Source of the DNA: Spirochaetaceae bacterium
GTDB taxonomy: Bacteria > Spirochaetota > Spirochaetia > DSM-2461
DNA length: 64,000 nt
Direction: 5' to 3'
Assembly (NCBI GenBank): GCA_051531975.1
Contig: JAOPTT010000008.1
Location: 73,263 to 137,262 of the forward strand
Each line of letters opens with the position of its first letter. Within the stretch, counting starts at the first letter, position 1. Both the position numbers and the translations under genes were made by a program. Of the stretch, positions 19,176-28,514 are shown piece by piece. The notes under the pieces were generated by a model, which saw only the letters and a program-made list of their open reading frames with translations, made no database searches and was not told where the DNA came from.

Positions 19176-21082
19176 TTGCTTTTAATCCTTTCAACTACTT
19201 GTTTATGCCTTACTTCATCTGATTTTTCAATAACATACTTAACAATAGAATCAGAGTCCAATTTACACATCTTTTTCAGTTCAGCTCTTGTTCCGTGGGT
19301 CAAAAAGTTATTATCAACACCTAAAACATAGATTGATTTTTGACTCTCTCCAGCTATGCATTTAATATCTTGCCCTACTCCACCAGTTATTACGCCATCT
19401 TCTAATATAACAATCATGTTGTATGACTTAATAGTGTTTAGTATTACTTTAGTATCTAATGGTGTTATAAATCTAAGGGAATATATATCGGCATCAAAAC
19501 CCTTATCTTCTAGTTTACTAGATGCTTCTTTAGCTTCAGAAAGAAGTTCTCCATAACATATAATCAAAATATTAAATTTGTTTTTACTAAAAAGAACACC
19601 TCTATTTGGAACTAATGGGCTATCTAATACAGTATCTGATTCTATAACATAATCTTTACTATATCGTATAACTGAAGGGCCTTTTAAGGTAAGTGCATGG
19701 TCAAACATCATAGACATTTCATTCGCTGTGGAAGGTGCCATTATTGTTATCCCTGGAATACTTTTTAATAAAGAGATATCAAATATACCCTGATGTGCTT
19801 CCCCATCGGCTGGAACTATCCCTGCCCGATCTAAAGCAAATATGACAGATAGTCCTGGTATAGAAATATCATGAATTATCTGATCTATACCTCTTTGGAT
19901 AAAAGTAGAATAGATGGCTACTACAGGTTTTAACCCAGAAATTGCCATTCCTGAAGCCAGAGTTACAGCGTGTTCCTCTGTTATCCCAACGTCAAAACTT
20001 CTTTTAGGAAACTCTTTAAAAAATGCAGATAGACCTGTACCACTCATCATTGCTGCAGTAATAGCAACAATTTTATTATTTTTTCTAGCATTAATCAGTA
20101 TTGTATTTGCAAATGCATTTGTATAAGTTATTTTAGTCCCGGGAGTATTAACAACTCCAACTTTAGGATCAAAAGGTTTAACTCCATGATAATCACCTGG
20201 TCTTTTTTCAGCTAAAGGATAACCTTTCCCTTTTTTTGTAATTACATGTAATAAAACTGGTTCATCTAAAAGCTTAACTCTATTTAAAACTCTCTGAAGT
20301 TCCTGAATATTATGCCCATCAATAGGTCCAATATATTTTAAACCTAAATCTGTAAATATATCAGTTTTGTAAAATAATGTTTTAACAGATTTTTTCCATC
20401 TCATTACCGATGCATAAAAAGCTTTACCAACAAATGGGATATGTAACATTGTCCAGTCTGCAACGTGTTTAAAAGCCTGATAACTTTTAGTTGTTGTCAT
20501 TTTACTTAATTTTGAAGAGATAGCCCCTACACTACTGTCTATAGACATATTGTTATCATTTAATATTACTATCATCTTCTTTTTTATGTGTCCTAAATGG
20601 TTTAATGCTTCGTAGGCCATTCCACCAGTTAAAGAAGCATCTCCTATTATAGGGATTATATAATTAAATTGACCTTGTAATTCTTCACCTAATAATATTC
20701 CCATTGCAGATGATATAGAGGTAGAAGCATGACCAGCATCGATAAAATCGTGTTTACTCTCATATCTTCTAGTAAATCCACTCATACCACCTAATTGTCT
20801 ATTAGTACTAAACATATCTTTTCGACCAGTTAATATTTTATGAGGATAACACTGATGTCCAACATCGAATATGAGCTTGTCTTTAGGGGAATCAAAAACC
20901 CTATGTAGAGCAATAGTTAATTCAACTATTCCCATATTTGATGAAAAGTGACCACCTGTTTTGCTTACATTGTCTATTAGAAATTCTCTGATCTCTTTTG
21001 CAAGAGTATTAAGTTCCTTTTGAGTCAGACTTTTAATATCAGCCGGGCTCTCAACTTTTGATAATATCTGAAATTCAGACAA
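19169..21082 (-). CDS. dxs: 1-deoxy-D-xylulose-5-phosphate synthase
   Basis: GGHFSSN, FDVGHQCYPHKILTGR, GHASTSIS, GDASLTGG..EALN, LNDN, DVGITEEHA. Confidence 0.96.
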   Translation of the reverse strand: MSEFQILSKVESPADIKSLTQKELNTLAKEIREFLIDNVSKTGGHFSSNMGIVELTIALHRVFDSPKDKLIFDVGHQCYPHKILTGRKDMFSTNRQLGGMSGFTRRYESKHDFIDAGHASTSISSAMGILLGEELQGQFNYIIPIIGDASLTGGMAYEALNHLGHIKKKMIVILNDNNMSIDSSVGAISSKLSKMTTTKSYQAFKHVADWTMLHIPFVGKAFYASVMRWKKSVKTLFYKTDIFTDLGLKYIGPIDGHNIQELQRVLNRVKLLDEPVLLHVITKKGKGYPLAEKRPGDYHGVKPFDPKVGVVNTPGTKITYTNAFANTILINARKNNKIVAITAAMMSGTGLSAFFKEFPKRSFDVGITEEHAVTLASGMAISGLKPVVAIYSTFIQRGIDQIIHDISIPGLSVIFALDRAGIVPADGEAHQGIFDISLLKSIPGITIMAPSTANEMSMMFDHALTLKGPSVIRYSKDYVIESDTVLDSPLVPNRGVLFSKNKFNILIICYGELLSEAKEASSKLEDKGFDADIYSLRFITPLDTKVILNTIKSYNMIVILEDGVITGGVGQDIKCIAGESQKSIYVLGVDNNFLTHGTRAELKKMCKLDSDSIVKYVIEKSDEVRHKQVVERIKSKW

Positions 21083-21127
21083 GGAACTCTCCTTTTAACT
21101 TTTTATATATTTAATTTTTTATTAGAT

Positions 21128-21162
21128 AAAAAAATAGACAGCCCTATTGAATAAGAGCTGCC
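21128..21162 (-). terminator. Intrinsic terminator after the bS22 gene
   Basis: GGCAGCTCT-loop-AGGGCTGTC (G:U pairs) followed by TATTTTTTT on the minus strand. Confidence 0.7.
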
Positions 21163-21184
21163 TTAATGATGTTTAAGTCATAAA

Positions 21185-21274
21185 CTATTTATGCTTATGT
21201 CTATTCTTTCTTAGCTTCTTCTTTCTTTTATGAGTCGCTATTTTTTTTCGCTTTCGCTTTTTACCACAAGGCAC
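21185..21274 (-). CDS. 30S ribosomal protein bS22 (AURKAIP1/COX24/mS38-like), 29 aa
   Basis: Not in ORF track. GTG start, AGGAG SD at 21282-21286; MPCGKKRKRKKIATHKRKKKLRKNRHKHK*; matches recalled Bacteroidetes/Borrelia bS22 pattern; own promoter and terminator. Confidence 0.9.
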   Translation of the reverse strand: MPCGKKRKRKKIATHKRKKKLRKNRHKHK

Positions 21275-21313
21275 TGAAATACTCCTACTTTAAACTGTTA
21301 TAAAACTTAAATC

Positions 21314-21342
21314 ATTATGCAAATGATTCAATGTATAGTCAA
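21314..21342 (-). promoter_or_regulatory. Sigma70-type promoter of the bS22 gene
   Basis: TTGACT-17 nt-CATAAT on the minus strand, ~40 nt upstream of the GTG. Confidence 0.7.
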
Positions 21343-21602
21343 GACTTAGTTCAATAAATAAACAATATTAAAATTGAACATTTTCTTAATTAAAACATAA
21401 TATAAGTCATAAATGTTAAGAGTTAGTTTAGTAAAATAGTAATATATTCTATTGCTAAATCAAAATTTAACTCTTACTTGTTAAGAGTTTGTTTATTTAT
21501 TTAAATAACAATATTAAAATCGAATACAACCTACTATTAAAACAACCTTTAACTCTTAATTTTCAAGACTTAGTATATTAAAATACAAAAATTAAGTCTT
21601 AA
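21339..21602. repeat. Cluster of short direct and inverted repeats in the miaA-bS22 intergenic region
   Basis: TCAAGACTTAGT x2 (21339, 21563); AACAATATTAAAAT x2 (21361, 21507); TGTTAAGAGTT x2 (21414, 21479); TTTAACTCTTA x2 (21466, 21548). Confidence 0.6.
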
Positions 21603-21630
21603 GTTATTATATATTAAAATAGCATCAAAG

Positions 21631-22593
21631 TCATGATTCTAAAGAGTTCTTTTTAAGAAACTCATCAACTATTTTTATTAATTCTATCCTTTTTTGGGGA
21701 TTTACCCAATGAACATCGACAAAAGAGTTAAAAAAAGTAATTTGACGTTTTGCATAACGCCTAGAATTACGTCTTATCTCCTCTTTTAATTCTTCGATAC
21801 TCCAACATCCTGATGCCATCATTTGAAAAAATTCGCTATAACCTATGCCTTTCATACCAGGATCTGTTGGATTTAAACCCATAGAATACAGATGTTTAAA
21901 TTCTTCTAATAATCCATCTGAAAACATAATGTCTACACGCTGATTGATTCTTTCATACAATTCTACTCTAGGTCTTTCTAGACCTATTATTAAAAAGTTA
22001 TATCTATCTCTTGGAACAGTTGGTTGTTTACAATCTAAAATAGATTTACAACTTTGTATAAAGACCTCTAAAGCCCTAGTAACCCTATATGTATCACATG
22101 GATTTATCTCTTTTGCTGCTTTTGGGTCAATCTCTTTTAATTTGTTATACATATGTTCTAAGCTAGTTTTTTTTAATTCAAGTTGGATATTATCCCTAGT
22201 TTCTTTACTAATTTCAGGTAACTTTGGAAGTCCATATATAAAGTTTTTAAAATAGAATGCTGTTCCACCAGATATTACAGGAATCAAATTTTTATTATAA
22301 ATTTGCTCTGTTAATACATCTGCTTCTCTAACAAAATCTGCAACACTAAACTGAATCTGAGGTTGAATTATTGATATTAAATGGTGTGGAATTTCTTTTA
22401 CATACTGGGGAGTTGGTTTTGCCGACCCAACATCAAGTCCTTTGTAGACCTGCATGGAATCGGCATTAATAACTTCACCTCTCCCTTTAAAAAGTTCGAG
22501 AAGTAACTCTGTTTTCCCAACGGCTGTTGGCCCAAATAACAGAATTACAGGTATTTTATCTTTCGTAGTTATATTTAACCCGTCCAGTAACAA
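21631..22593 (-). CDS. miaA: tRNA dimethylallyltransferase
   Basis: GPTAVGKT, NADSMQVY, GGTAFY, GIGY.E, YAKRQITF; exact start uncertain. Confidence 0.96.
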   Translation of the reverse strand: MLLDGLNITTKDKIPVILLFGPTAVGKTELLLELFKGRGEVINADSMQVYKGLDVGSAKPTPQYVKEIPHHLISIIQPQIQFSVADFVREADVLTEQIYNKNLIPVISGGTAFYFKNFIYGLPKLPEISKETRDNIQLELKKTSLEHMYNKLKEIDPKAAKEINPCDTYRVTRALEVFIQSCKSILDCKQPTVPRDRYNFLIIGLERPRVELYERINQRVDIMFSDGLLEEFKHLYSMGLNPTDPGMKGIGYSEFFQMMASGCWSIEELKEEIRRNSRRYAKRQITFFNSFVDVHWVNPQKRIELIKIVDEFLKKNSLES

Positions 22594-22762
22594 TTTCTTT
22601 TATAGAAACTGAAACTATTTTACCCATATTGTCGTCTAATTCCTTAGAACCTGTTTTAGCTAGTTGTTTAGATCTTGAAATAGCTGCATTTGTTAACTCA
22701 TAAATGTTATCAGTATTATTAACAAGATTCTCAATAGGTATGATCATTTTCGTTTCGTCCAT
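22556..22762 (-). CDS. rpoZ: RNA polymerase omega subunit
   Basis: N.YEL..A...R..QL...K.VS....EI..G; start set at ATG 22762 behind a GAGGG SD. Confidence 0.8.
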   Translation of the reverse strand: MDETKMIIPIENLVNNTDNIYELTNAAISRSKQLAKTGSKELDDNMGKIVSVSIKEIVTGRVKYNYER

Positions 22763-22824
22763 TAAAGCCCTCTTTTGTACAAAAGTAATTTGCATAATAC
22801 AGAATTTTTACTTAATTGTAAATG

Positions 22825-23349
22825 CTATTTACCAATAGCTGCTAAAATAATATTTACAATTTTATCAGGATCAAGGTTATTTACATTAATAACTAGATCG
22901 CAAAATCCATAATCGCTATTATCAATGTTATATAATTTTTTATATCTAGCACTATCTCTTTGATCTCTGACCTTAGTATACGACATAACTGAATCTAAGC
23001 TACCACCCTCTCTATTTTGTATTCTACTCGCTCTAACTTCTAAATCTGCGGTTAAAAAAACTCTTATTGTGGCCTCTTTTAACATCCAAACCGCTAGTCT
23101 TGAACCTAAAACACTAGAAGATTCCATAGCCATTTCGACCTGTTTTTCATCTACCATATAGTCCCATTTAGAGTCTTTTTCTGCCATTAAACAGAATTCT
23201 TTAAAGTCTATACCCAACTCATCTGCTATATTATGGAATGTATAATTAACCATTTTACAGTTTAACTTTTGGCTTATAATTTTTGAAACAGTGGTATTTC
23301 CACATCCACTCTGACCTGATATGGCTATTCTTATCTCGTTATTCGACAT
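22825..23349 (-). CDS. cmk: Cytidylate kinase-like nucleoside monophosphate kinase (archaeal-type Cmk family)
   Basis: IAISGQSGCGNTT P-loop variant, SRLAVW, R..RI..REG, RY..LY.ID; start set at ATG 23349 (GGGAG SD). Confidence 0.8.
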   Translation of the reverse strand: MSNNEIRIAISGQSGCGNTTVSKIISQKLNCKMVNYTFHNIADELGIDFKEFCLMAEKDSKWDYMVDEKQVEMAMESSSVLGSRLAVWMLKEATIRVFLTADLEVRASRIQNREGGSLDSVMSYTKVRDQRDSARYKKLYNIDNSDYGFCDLVINVNNLDPDKIVNIILAAIGK

Positions 23350-24205
23350 TTCGTGCTTGCTCCCTAATTTGCTCAAGGCTATTTTTCATATTTACAACTA
23401 GTTGGCTAATCTCAATTATTGGACTTTTTGAGCCAATTGTATTTATTTCTCTATTCATCTCTTGGCAGATAAAATCTAATTTTTTCCCACAAGGAATCTC
23501 TAAACTACTCTCTTTAAAGTTAATTATATGACTATTTAATCTTACTAACTCTTCGTTTATATCGTACTTAACTAATAATACTCCAAGCTCAGATAAGATC
23601 CTATTTTCATCAATATCTTGCCCTAAAACTTCTTCAAATCGTTCTTTAAAGTTTTGTTTTATTTTAGATTCAATTTTAGGAACAAATGTTTTTAACTGTT
23701 CAACATTTTTTGAAATAATGTCTAAAGAACTAAAAATATCATCTTTTAATACTATACCTTCTTTGTCTTTTTCTATTTTAAATTGTTCTAAAACAGATAT
23801 AATTTCTGGTTTAAGCAGATGCCATATTTCATCTATATTTCTAGTTTTCTCAGTTTTGACTACACCATCAAAACTCATAATATCAGTAAGTTTTATCTGA
23901 TCTGTAATATTTGCCTGTTTCATGACACCTTCTAGTCCAGAGACTACTTCCTTAACAAGTGTCTGGTCTATTATTATTTTAACATCTTCAACTAACTCTT
24001 TTATTCTGATATTAAGTTCTACTCGACCTCTAAAAATACCCATTTGCTTAACAATATCTCTTATTCTACCTTCAACTTGACCTAACCATGAAGGCATATT
24101 TAGAGAAATATCTAGATATTTATTATTATATGCTTTTAAATCTACAGTAATTCTTGTTTTTTCATTTGAGAACTCGCTAGTTCCATAACCTGTCATACTC
24201 TTCAC
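23339..24205 (-). CDS. yicC: YicC/YloC family endoribonuclease
   Basis: MKSMTGYG, RGRVE, DINEELVRL.SH, GKKLDFICQEMNREINTIGSKS, EQIREQARNVE. Confidence 0.94.
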   Translation of the reverse strand: MKSMTGYGTSEFSNEKTRITVDLKAYNNKYLDISLNMPSWLGQVEGRIRDIVKQMGIFRGRVELNIRIKELVEDVKIIIDQTLVKEVVSGLEGVMKQANITDQIKLTDIMSFDGVVKTEKTRNIDEIWHLLKPEIISVLEQFKIEKDKEGIVLKDDIFSSLDIISKNVEQLKTFVPKIESKIKQNFKERFEEVLGQDIDENRILSELGVLLVKYDINEELVRLNSHIINFKESSLEIPCGKKLDFICQEMNREINTIGSKSPIIEISQLVVNMKNSLEQIREQARNVE

Positions 24206-25632
24206 TGTTTTAGCTCCTTAAATAAAGTTTCCCCTACTTGCCAGTTATTACCAGCTCCCATAGTTACAAATAGGTCTCCTGGTTTTAGAATCTCTTTTGC
24301 TTTTTTAATAGCATCGGAATATTCTGGGCAGAAATATACATTTTTATGGTTTTCTTTAGTTTTATTATATAGAGTTTCTCCAGTTACATTACCACTATAT
24401 CCTTCCCTTGCCGAAGAATATATTTTATTTAATATGACAACATCTGCAGAACCAAAAGAAGAGGCAAACTCATCTAATAATTTTGCTGTTCGTGTATATG
24501 TATGTGACATAAAATCTACAATTATCCGTCTATTAGGATAAAAATCTCTATAACCTTTAAGAGTAGTTTCGACTGCTGTTGGATGGTGTCCATAATCATC
24601 AATAAAAAGTATATCGTTTTTAATTCCAATAATTTCTGTACGTCTTTTTGTTCCACGAAACTTAAACAGTCCTGACTTAATTTCTGCAGATTTAGATTGT
24701 GGATTTATTCCTTCTTTCTTTAAAAGTGCCCCAGCAACAGCAATTCCACCAGCAGCATCTAAGACTGTATGAAACCCTGGGACTTGTAGTTCAAACTTTT
24801 CAGTAAATCCCTCTAATTTAAAAGAGTTAATTCCTTCCCCACTATCAACTGATGATATCTTATAATCCCCTACTGCTTTTAATCCATAACCAGTATAATT
24901 TAGATCTTTACGAATATTCTTTGCCTTAGTTATTAAATCTAAGTTTCCTGGGTCATCTGCACAATAAATAACTTCACCACCTAGAGGTAATCGATCTATG
25001 TATGATAAAAATGCATCCACAATATCGTTATAATCTTTAAAATAATCTGGGTGATCCATTTCTAGAGATGTAATTAAAATAATAGATGGATTAAATGTCA
25101 AAAAGTGTCTCTGATATTCACATGTCTCTGCAATAAAATATCGATTTCCATCAACATTAATTGCGGAGTTATCAAAACTTGGTACTCCTGAACCAACTAA
25201 AGTAGAAGCAGGCAGTTTAAGTTCTTTAATTATAGTTCCTGTTAAAGCTGTGGTTGTAGTTTTACCATGTATACCAGCTATTCCAACTGAGAATGATAAT
25301 TTTGAGATATAACCTAATGCTTCAGTATAAATAAGTGTAGGTATTCCAAGATCCTTGGCTTTTATTAGCTCAGGATTAGTCTCTGAACTGTATGCCGAAG
25401 AGTGTATGACCATTTTAATATCTGAATTAATATTTTCTGAATTAAAAAATTTAGGTATAATACCGACCTTATTAAGTATTTCATCAGTAAAAAATCTTTG
25501 TTTAACATCAGAACCTTCAATAACGGCTCCTTGTTTTTTTAATAGTTCTGCAAGGGCTGCCATTCCAGTCCCTTTTATACCTACCATAAATATGTTAAAT
25601 CCATTTAAGGATCTTGGTAACTCTTTTTCCAT
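24202..25632 (-). CDS. murC: UDP-N-acetylmuramate--L-alanine ligase
   Basis: GIKGTGM, GIHGKTTTT, DHPDYF, DDYGHHPT, MGAG; start set at ATG 25632 (probably leaderless). Confidence 0.95.
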   Translation of the reverse strand: MEKELPRSLNGFNIFMVGIKGTGMAALAELLKKQGAVIEGSDVKQRFFTDEILNKVGIIPKFFNSENINSDIKMVIHSSAYSSETNPELIKAKDLGIPTLIYTEALGYISKLSFSVGIAGIHGKTTTTALTGTIIKELKLPASTLVGSGVPSFDNSAINVDGNRYFIAETCEYQRHFLTFNPSIILITSLEMDHPDYFKDYNDIVDAFLSYIDRLPLGGEVIYCADDPGNLDLITKAKNIRKDLNYTGYGLKAVGDYKISSVDSGEGINSFKLEGFTEKFELQVPGFHTVLDAAGGIAVAGALLKKEGINPQSKSAEIKSGLFKFRGTKRRTEIIGIKNDILFIDDYGHHPTAVETTLKGYRDFYPNRRIIVDFMSHTYTRTAKLLDEFASSFGSADVVILNKIYSSAREGYSGNVTGETLYNKTKENHKNVYFCPEYSDAIKKAKEILKPGDLFVTMGAGNNWQVGETLFKELKQ

Positions 25633-25696
25633 ACAAGATAATATCATAGTTTTTTGTTCAGTGTAAATTATCTTTAAAGTAGTTTAATTAAATCTA

Positions 25697-26968
25697 TTAC
25701 AACTTAGGAAACTTCCAATCTTTAACCTTATTAACAGGTTCATCAAATGGTGGTTTGCCAATTTCTATCGCATTAGTATTTTTAGTCAATATTCCAAGAT
25801 ATCTATCATAACACTCAACAGTAACAATTTTTAGTAGTTGATTAACTTTTAATATAATCTGATTACCTCCACATGCTGTAGCTATCTCTGAAAAGTCACT
25901 ATATAATCCTTTTATCTTATTATCTAATTCTTCATCGTTAAGAATTATTTCTGACATATCTTTATTTACATTTGAAACTATATTATCTATAACTTCTGCA
26001 TTTGAATCATTCCGGTATAAAACCTCAATTCTCTGCTCTTCTTTCATCTGAAAAATAATTTGTGTATAATCAATTTTATTCTTTTTAATAAGTTCAGACA
26101 TCTTTAAAGCTTCTCCAAGATCAGATGGTAATCCATCAGTTAATAAAATTATTGAATTATGAATATCTCGATCTCTATGATGTAAAATCTTTTTCATGAA
26201 ACTACTATAATTTGTATCTTTTCTTGGAATTTTAACATTATCCATTGGATATTCAACCAAACGACATTTATCCGAAAACACATAGAGATTTATTTTTGTA
26301 TTCTTAAAACATCTATCTACAAAATCGTATAATGAGTTCACAGCTGCTAAAGCTAAATCTAGTTTACCTAAATTATCCATACTTTTAGAAAAATCAACTA
26401 CAATATGTAAATTAACTTCTTTATCATCTGGGATATTAAACTTATCTTTAACTCTGTTTGTAAGTAGATCGCCAATAGATAATCTAAGATCAGGTTTATG
26501 AAACATTGATGGAAGTTCTTCTAAGTCCGAGTCTAATCCATACATATATGTAAATGAATTATAATTATCTTTTATTAGAAATTCTTTCTCTACTTTATTA
26601 CCTGAAATAATAGGTATATCTAGTTGCTCATCTAACCCAAGATTCCGTAGTACCATCTTTTTTTCTGCCTGAAAGTTATCTCTTATTTGATTAAACTTTG
26701 GTATAAATTTAGTATTACTTTTTAACTGATTTGCTAAATCATATGGATTAAAATTAAAAACTGCATCAGCAATTAATACTTCATTTTGTTCTAAAAACTT
26801 ATATTTATGTAATAATGTAGTTATCAATTCATCTGTTAATACAGGGAAATTCATTAGTTCGGGTAGAGGGTGATCACCGACAGTAATGCCACCTAAAATA
26901 ATTGCCCCTGGTCTAAGTTGTCGCCAACGAACTTTTCTTATTCCTGAAAGACCATCTAAAGTAAACAT
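25697..26968 (-). CDS. VWA (MIDAS) domain protein with unrecognised N-terminal region
   Basis: VVDFSKSM (DxSxS), DTNY, ILLTDGLP. Confidence 0.75.
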   Translation of the reverse strand: MFTLDGLSGIRKVRWRQLRPGAIILGGITVGDHPLPELMNFPVLTDELITTLLHKYKFLEQNEVLIADAVFNFNPYDLANQLKSNTKFIPKFNQIRDNFQAEKKMVLRNLGLDEQLDIPIISGNKVEKEFLIKDNYNSFTYMYGLDSDLEELPSMFHKPDLRLSIGDLLTNRVKDKFNIPDDKEVNLHIVVDFSKSMDNLGKLDLALAAVNSLYDFVDRCFKNTKINLYVFSDKCRLVEYPMDNVKIPRKDTNYSSFMKKILHHRDRDIHNSIILLTDGLPSDLGEALKMSELIKKNKIDYTQIIFQMKEEQRIEVLYRNDSNAEVIDNIVSNVNKDMSEIILNDEELDNKIKGLYSDFSEIATACGGNQIILKVNQLLKIVTVECYDRYLGILTKNTNAIEIGKPPFDEPVNKVKDWKFPKL

Positions 26969-27053
26969 AATTCCTCCACTTTTTTATACTTTTAATCTTA
27001 AGTATAGCACTTTATAATGTATATGTTTTATACTATCTGTAAGAGAGAAAAAA

Positions 27054-28514
27054 ATGATGAAAAAAATGATATTTATATTGGTCTTATTAGTAACTTTTAA
27101 TCTTTTTAGTGAAACAAAATCCTTTGATGATCTATTCAAATCTAGAAATAGTCTGTTTAACAATATGTTTAATAATAAAATTGAAGCATATGAACATGAA
27201 GTTAGTAAAAGGGACCAGGAGTTTAATAAAAGACTTAAAGAGTCCTGGGATAATTTTAAAGTAGAAGTTAATAAAGACCTTATAGGTCCTAAACCTAAAG
27301 CACTGCCTAAAGATAAGGAAGAAGATATTGTATTCAAGGATGAGACACCAATAAAGGTTGCACCAATAGAACCTATCGATAAACCTGTAATTGTAGTTCC
27401 TATAAAAAAGTTTGAATATAAAAGTAGTACTACATCAATAAAACTTGACTATTTTGGAGAGGACTTAACATATAAGATTCCAAAAGATCTAAATAAAATT
27501 AGTCTTTGGAAGGTAGATAACGATAATATTAGTGAGAACTGGCAGAAGTTATCAAAAACTGAGTATGCCCCATTTATTACTCAAATCCAAAATGACATTG
27601 CAAAACTAAATCTTGAAATATGGGGAATATATAAACTTGTAGAAAATATAAGTAGTAAAATATATAAAAACAATAATGATATTGTGATGTCTACAGCTTT
27701 TATTATGACCCAGTTGCAAATAAATTGTAAAGTTGCTTATTCAGGAAATAAAACATATACATTATTACCATTTAAAGGAACGATATATGGTAAAACTTAC
27801 CTAACAATAAAAGGTACTAAATACTATATAATGTCATCTGTAAAAGGTAGGCTTAAAAACATATATACATACACTGCAGAGTTTCCTGGTGTAAACAAAG
27901 AACTTGATCTTCAGATCAAAAAGTTCCCACTTCTTAAAGAGGATATAGTTAAAAAGATATTAACTTTTAAGTATAAAGGAACTACTAATAAAGTGAATAT
28001 TTCATACAATAAAACACTTGTTAGATATTTTGAAAATTATCCACAAATTGATTATTTAAACTATTTCAATTCAGAACTATTTTATAGAAGTAAAAAGGAT
28101 TTATTAACTTCCTTAAAACCATTTATTAGTGGAAAATCTGAATCTGAAGCTGTTAACATTTTGTTACATTTTGTTCAAAAGTCATTTGATTATAAAACAG
28201 ATGGGGATCAGTTTAATAGAGAAAAACCTTTTTTCCCTGAAGAGACCTTGCATTATCGTTATTCTGACTGTGAAGATCGGGCAGTTCTATTTTCCTACTT
28301 AGTAAAAAAAATGTTAAAGCTAGAAGTTCTAGGTTTAAAATATCCAAATCATATGTCGACAGCTGTTTTATTAAAAGAACCAGTAGGAGACACGGTTATG
28401 TATAAAAATAAAAAATATACAATTACTGATCCTACATATATTAATAGTAATATAGGTAGTGCTATGCCATCTTATAAAAATCTTAGACCTGAGATAATTG
28501 GAGTAAAACCTTGA
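27054..28514 (+). CDS. Exported protein with C-terminal transglutaminase-like/papain-fold Cys-His-Asp domain
   Basis: Signal peptide; YSDCEDRAVLF (Cys 28269), YPNHMSTAV (His 28350), ITDPTY (Asp 28428). Confidence 0.7.
   Translation: MMKKMIFILVLLVTFNLFSETKSFDDLFKSRNSLFNNMFNNKIEAYEHEVSKRDQEFNKRLKESWDNFKVEVNKDLIGPKPKALPKDKEEDIVFKDETPIKVAPIEPIDKPVIVVPIKKFEYKSSTTSIKLDYFGEDLTYKIPKDLNKISLWKVDNDNISENWQKLSKTEYAPFITQIQNDIAKLNLEIWGIYKLVENISSKIYKNNNDIVMSTAFIMTQLQINCKVAYSGNKTYTLLPFKGTIYGKTYLTIKGTKYYIMSSVKGRLKNIYTYTAEFPGVNKELDLQIKKFPLLKEDIVKKILTFKYKGTTNKVNISYNKTLVRYFENYPQIDYLNYFNSELFYRSKKDLLTSLKPFISGKSESEAVNILLHFVQKSFDYKTDGDQFNREKPFFPEETLHYRYSDCEDRAVLFSYLVKKMLKLEVLGLKYPNHMSTAVLLKEPVGDTVMYKNKKYTITDPTYINSNIGSAMPSYKNLRPEIIGVKP

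Noticed and set aside
21339..21625. CRISPR array, oriC or dif site
   Set aside because: No constant repeat-spacer period, no DnaA boxes, no switch in gene orientation, and only a weak partial match to a XerD arm near 21390
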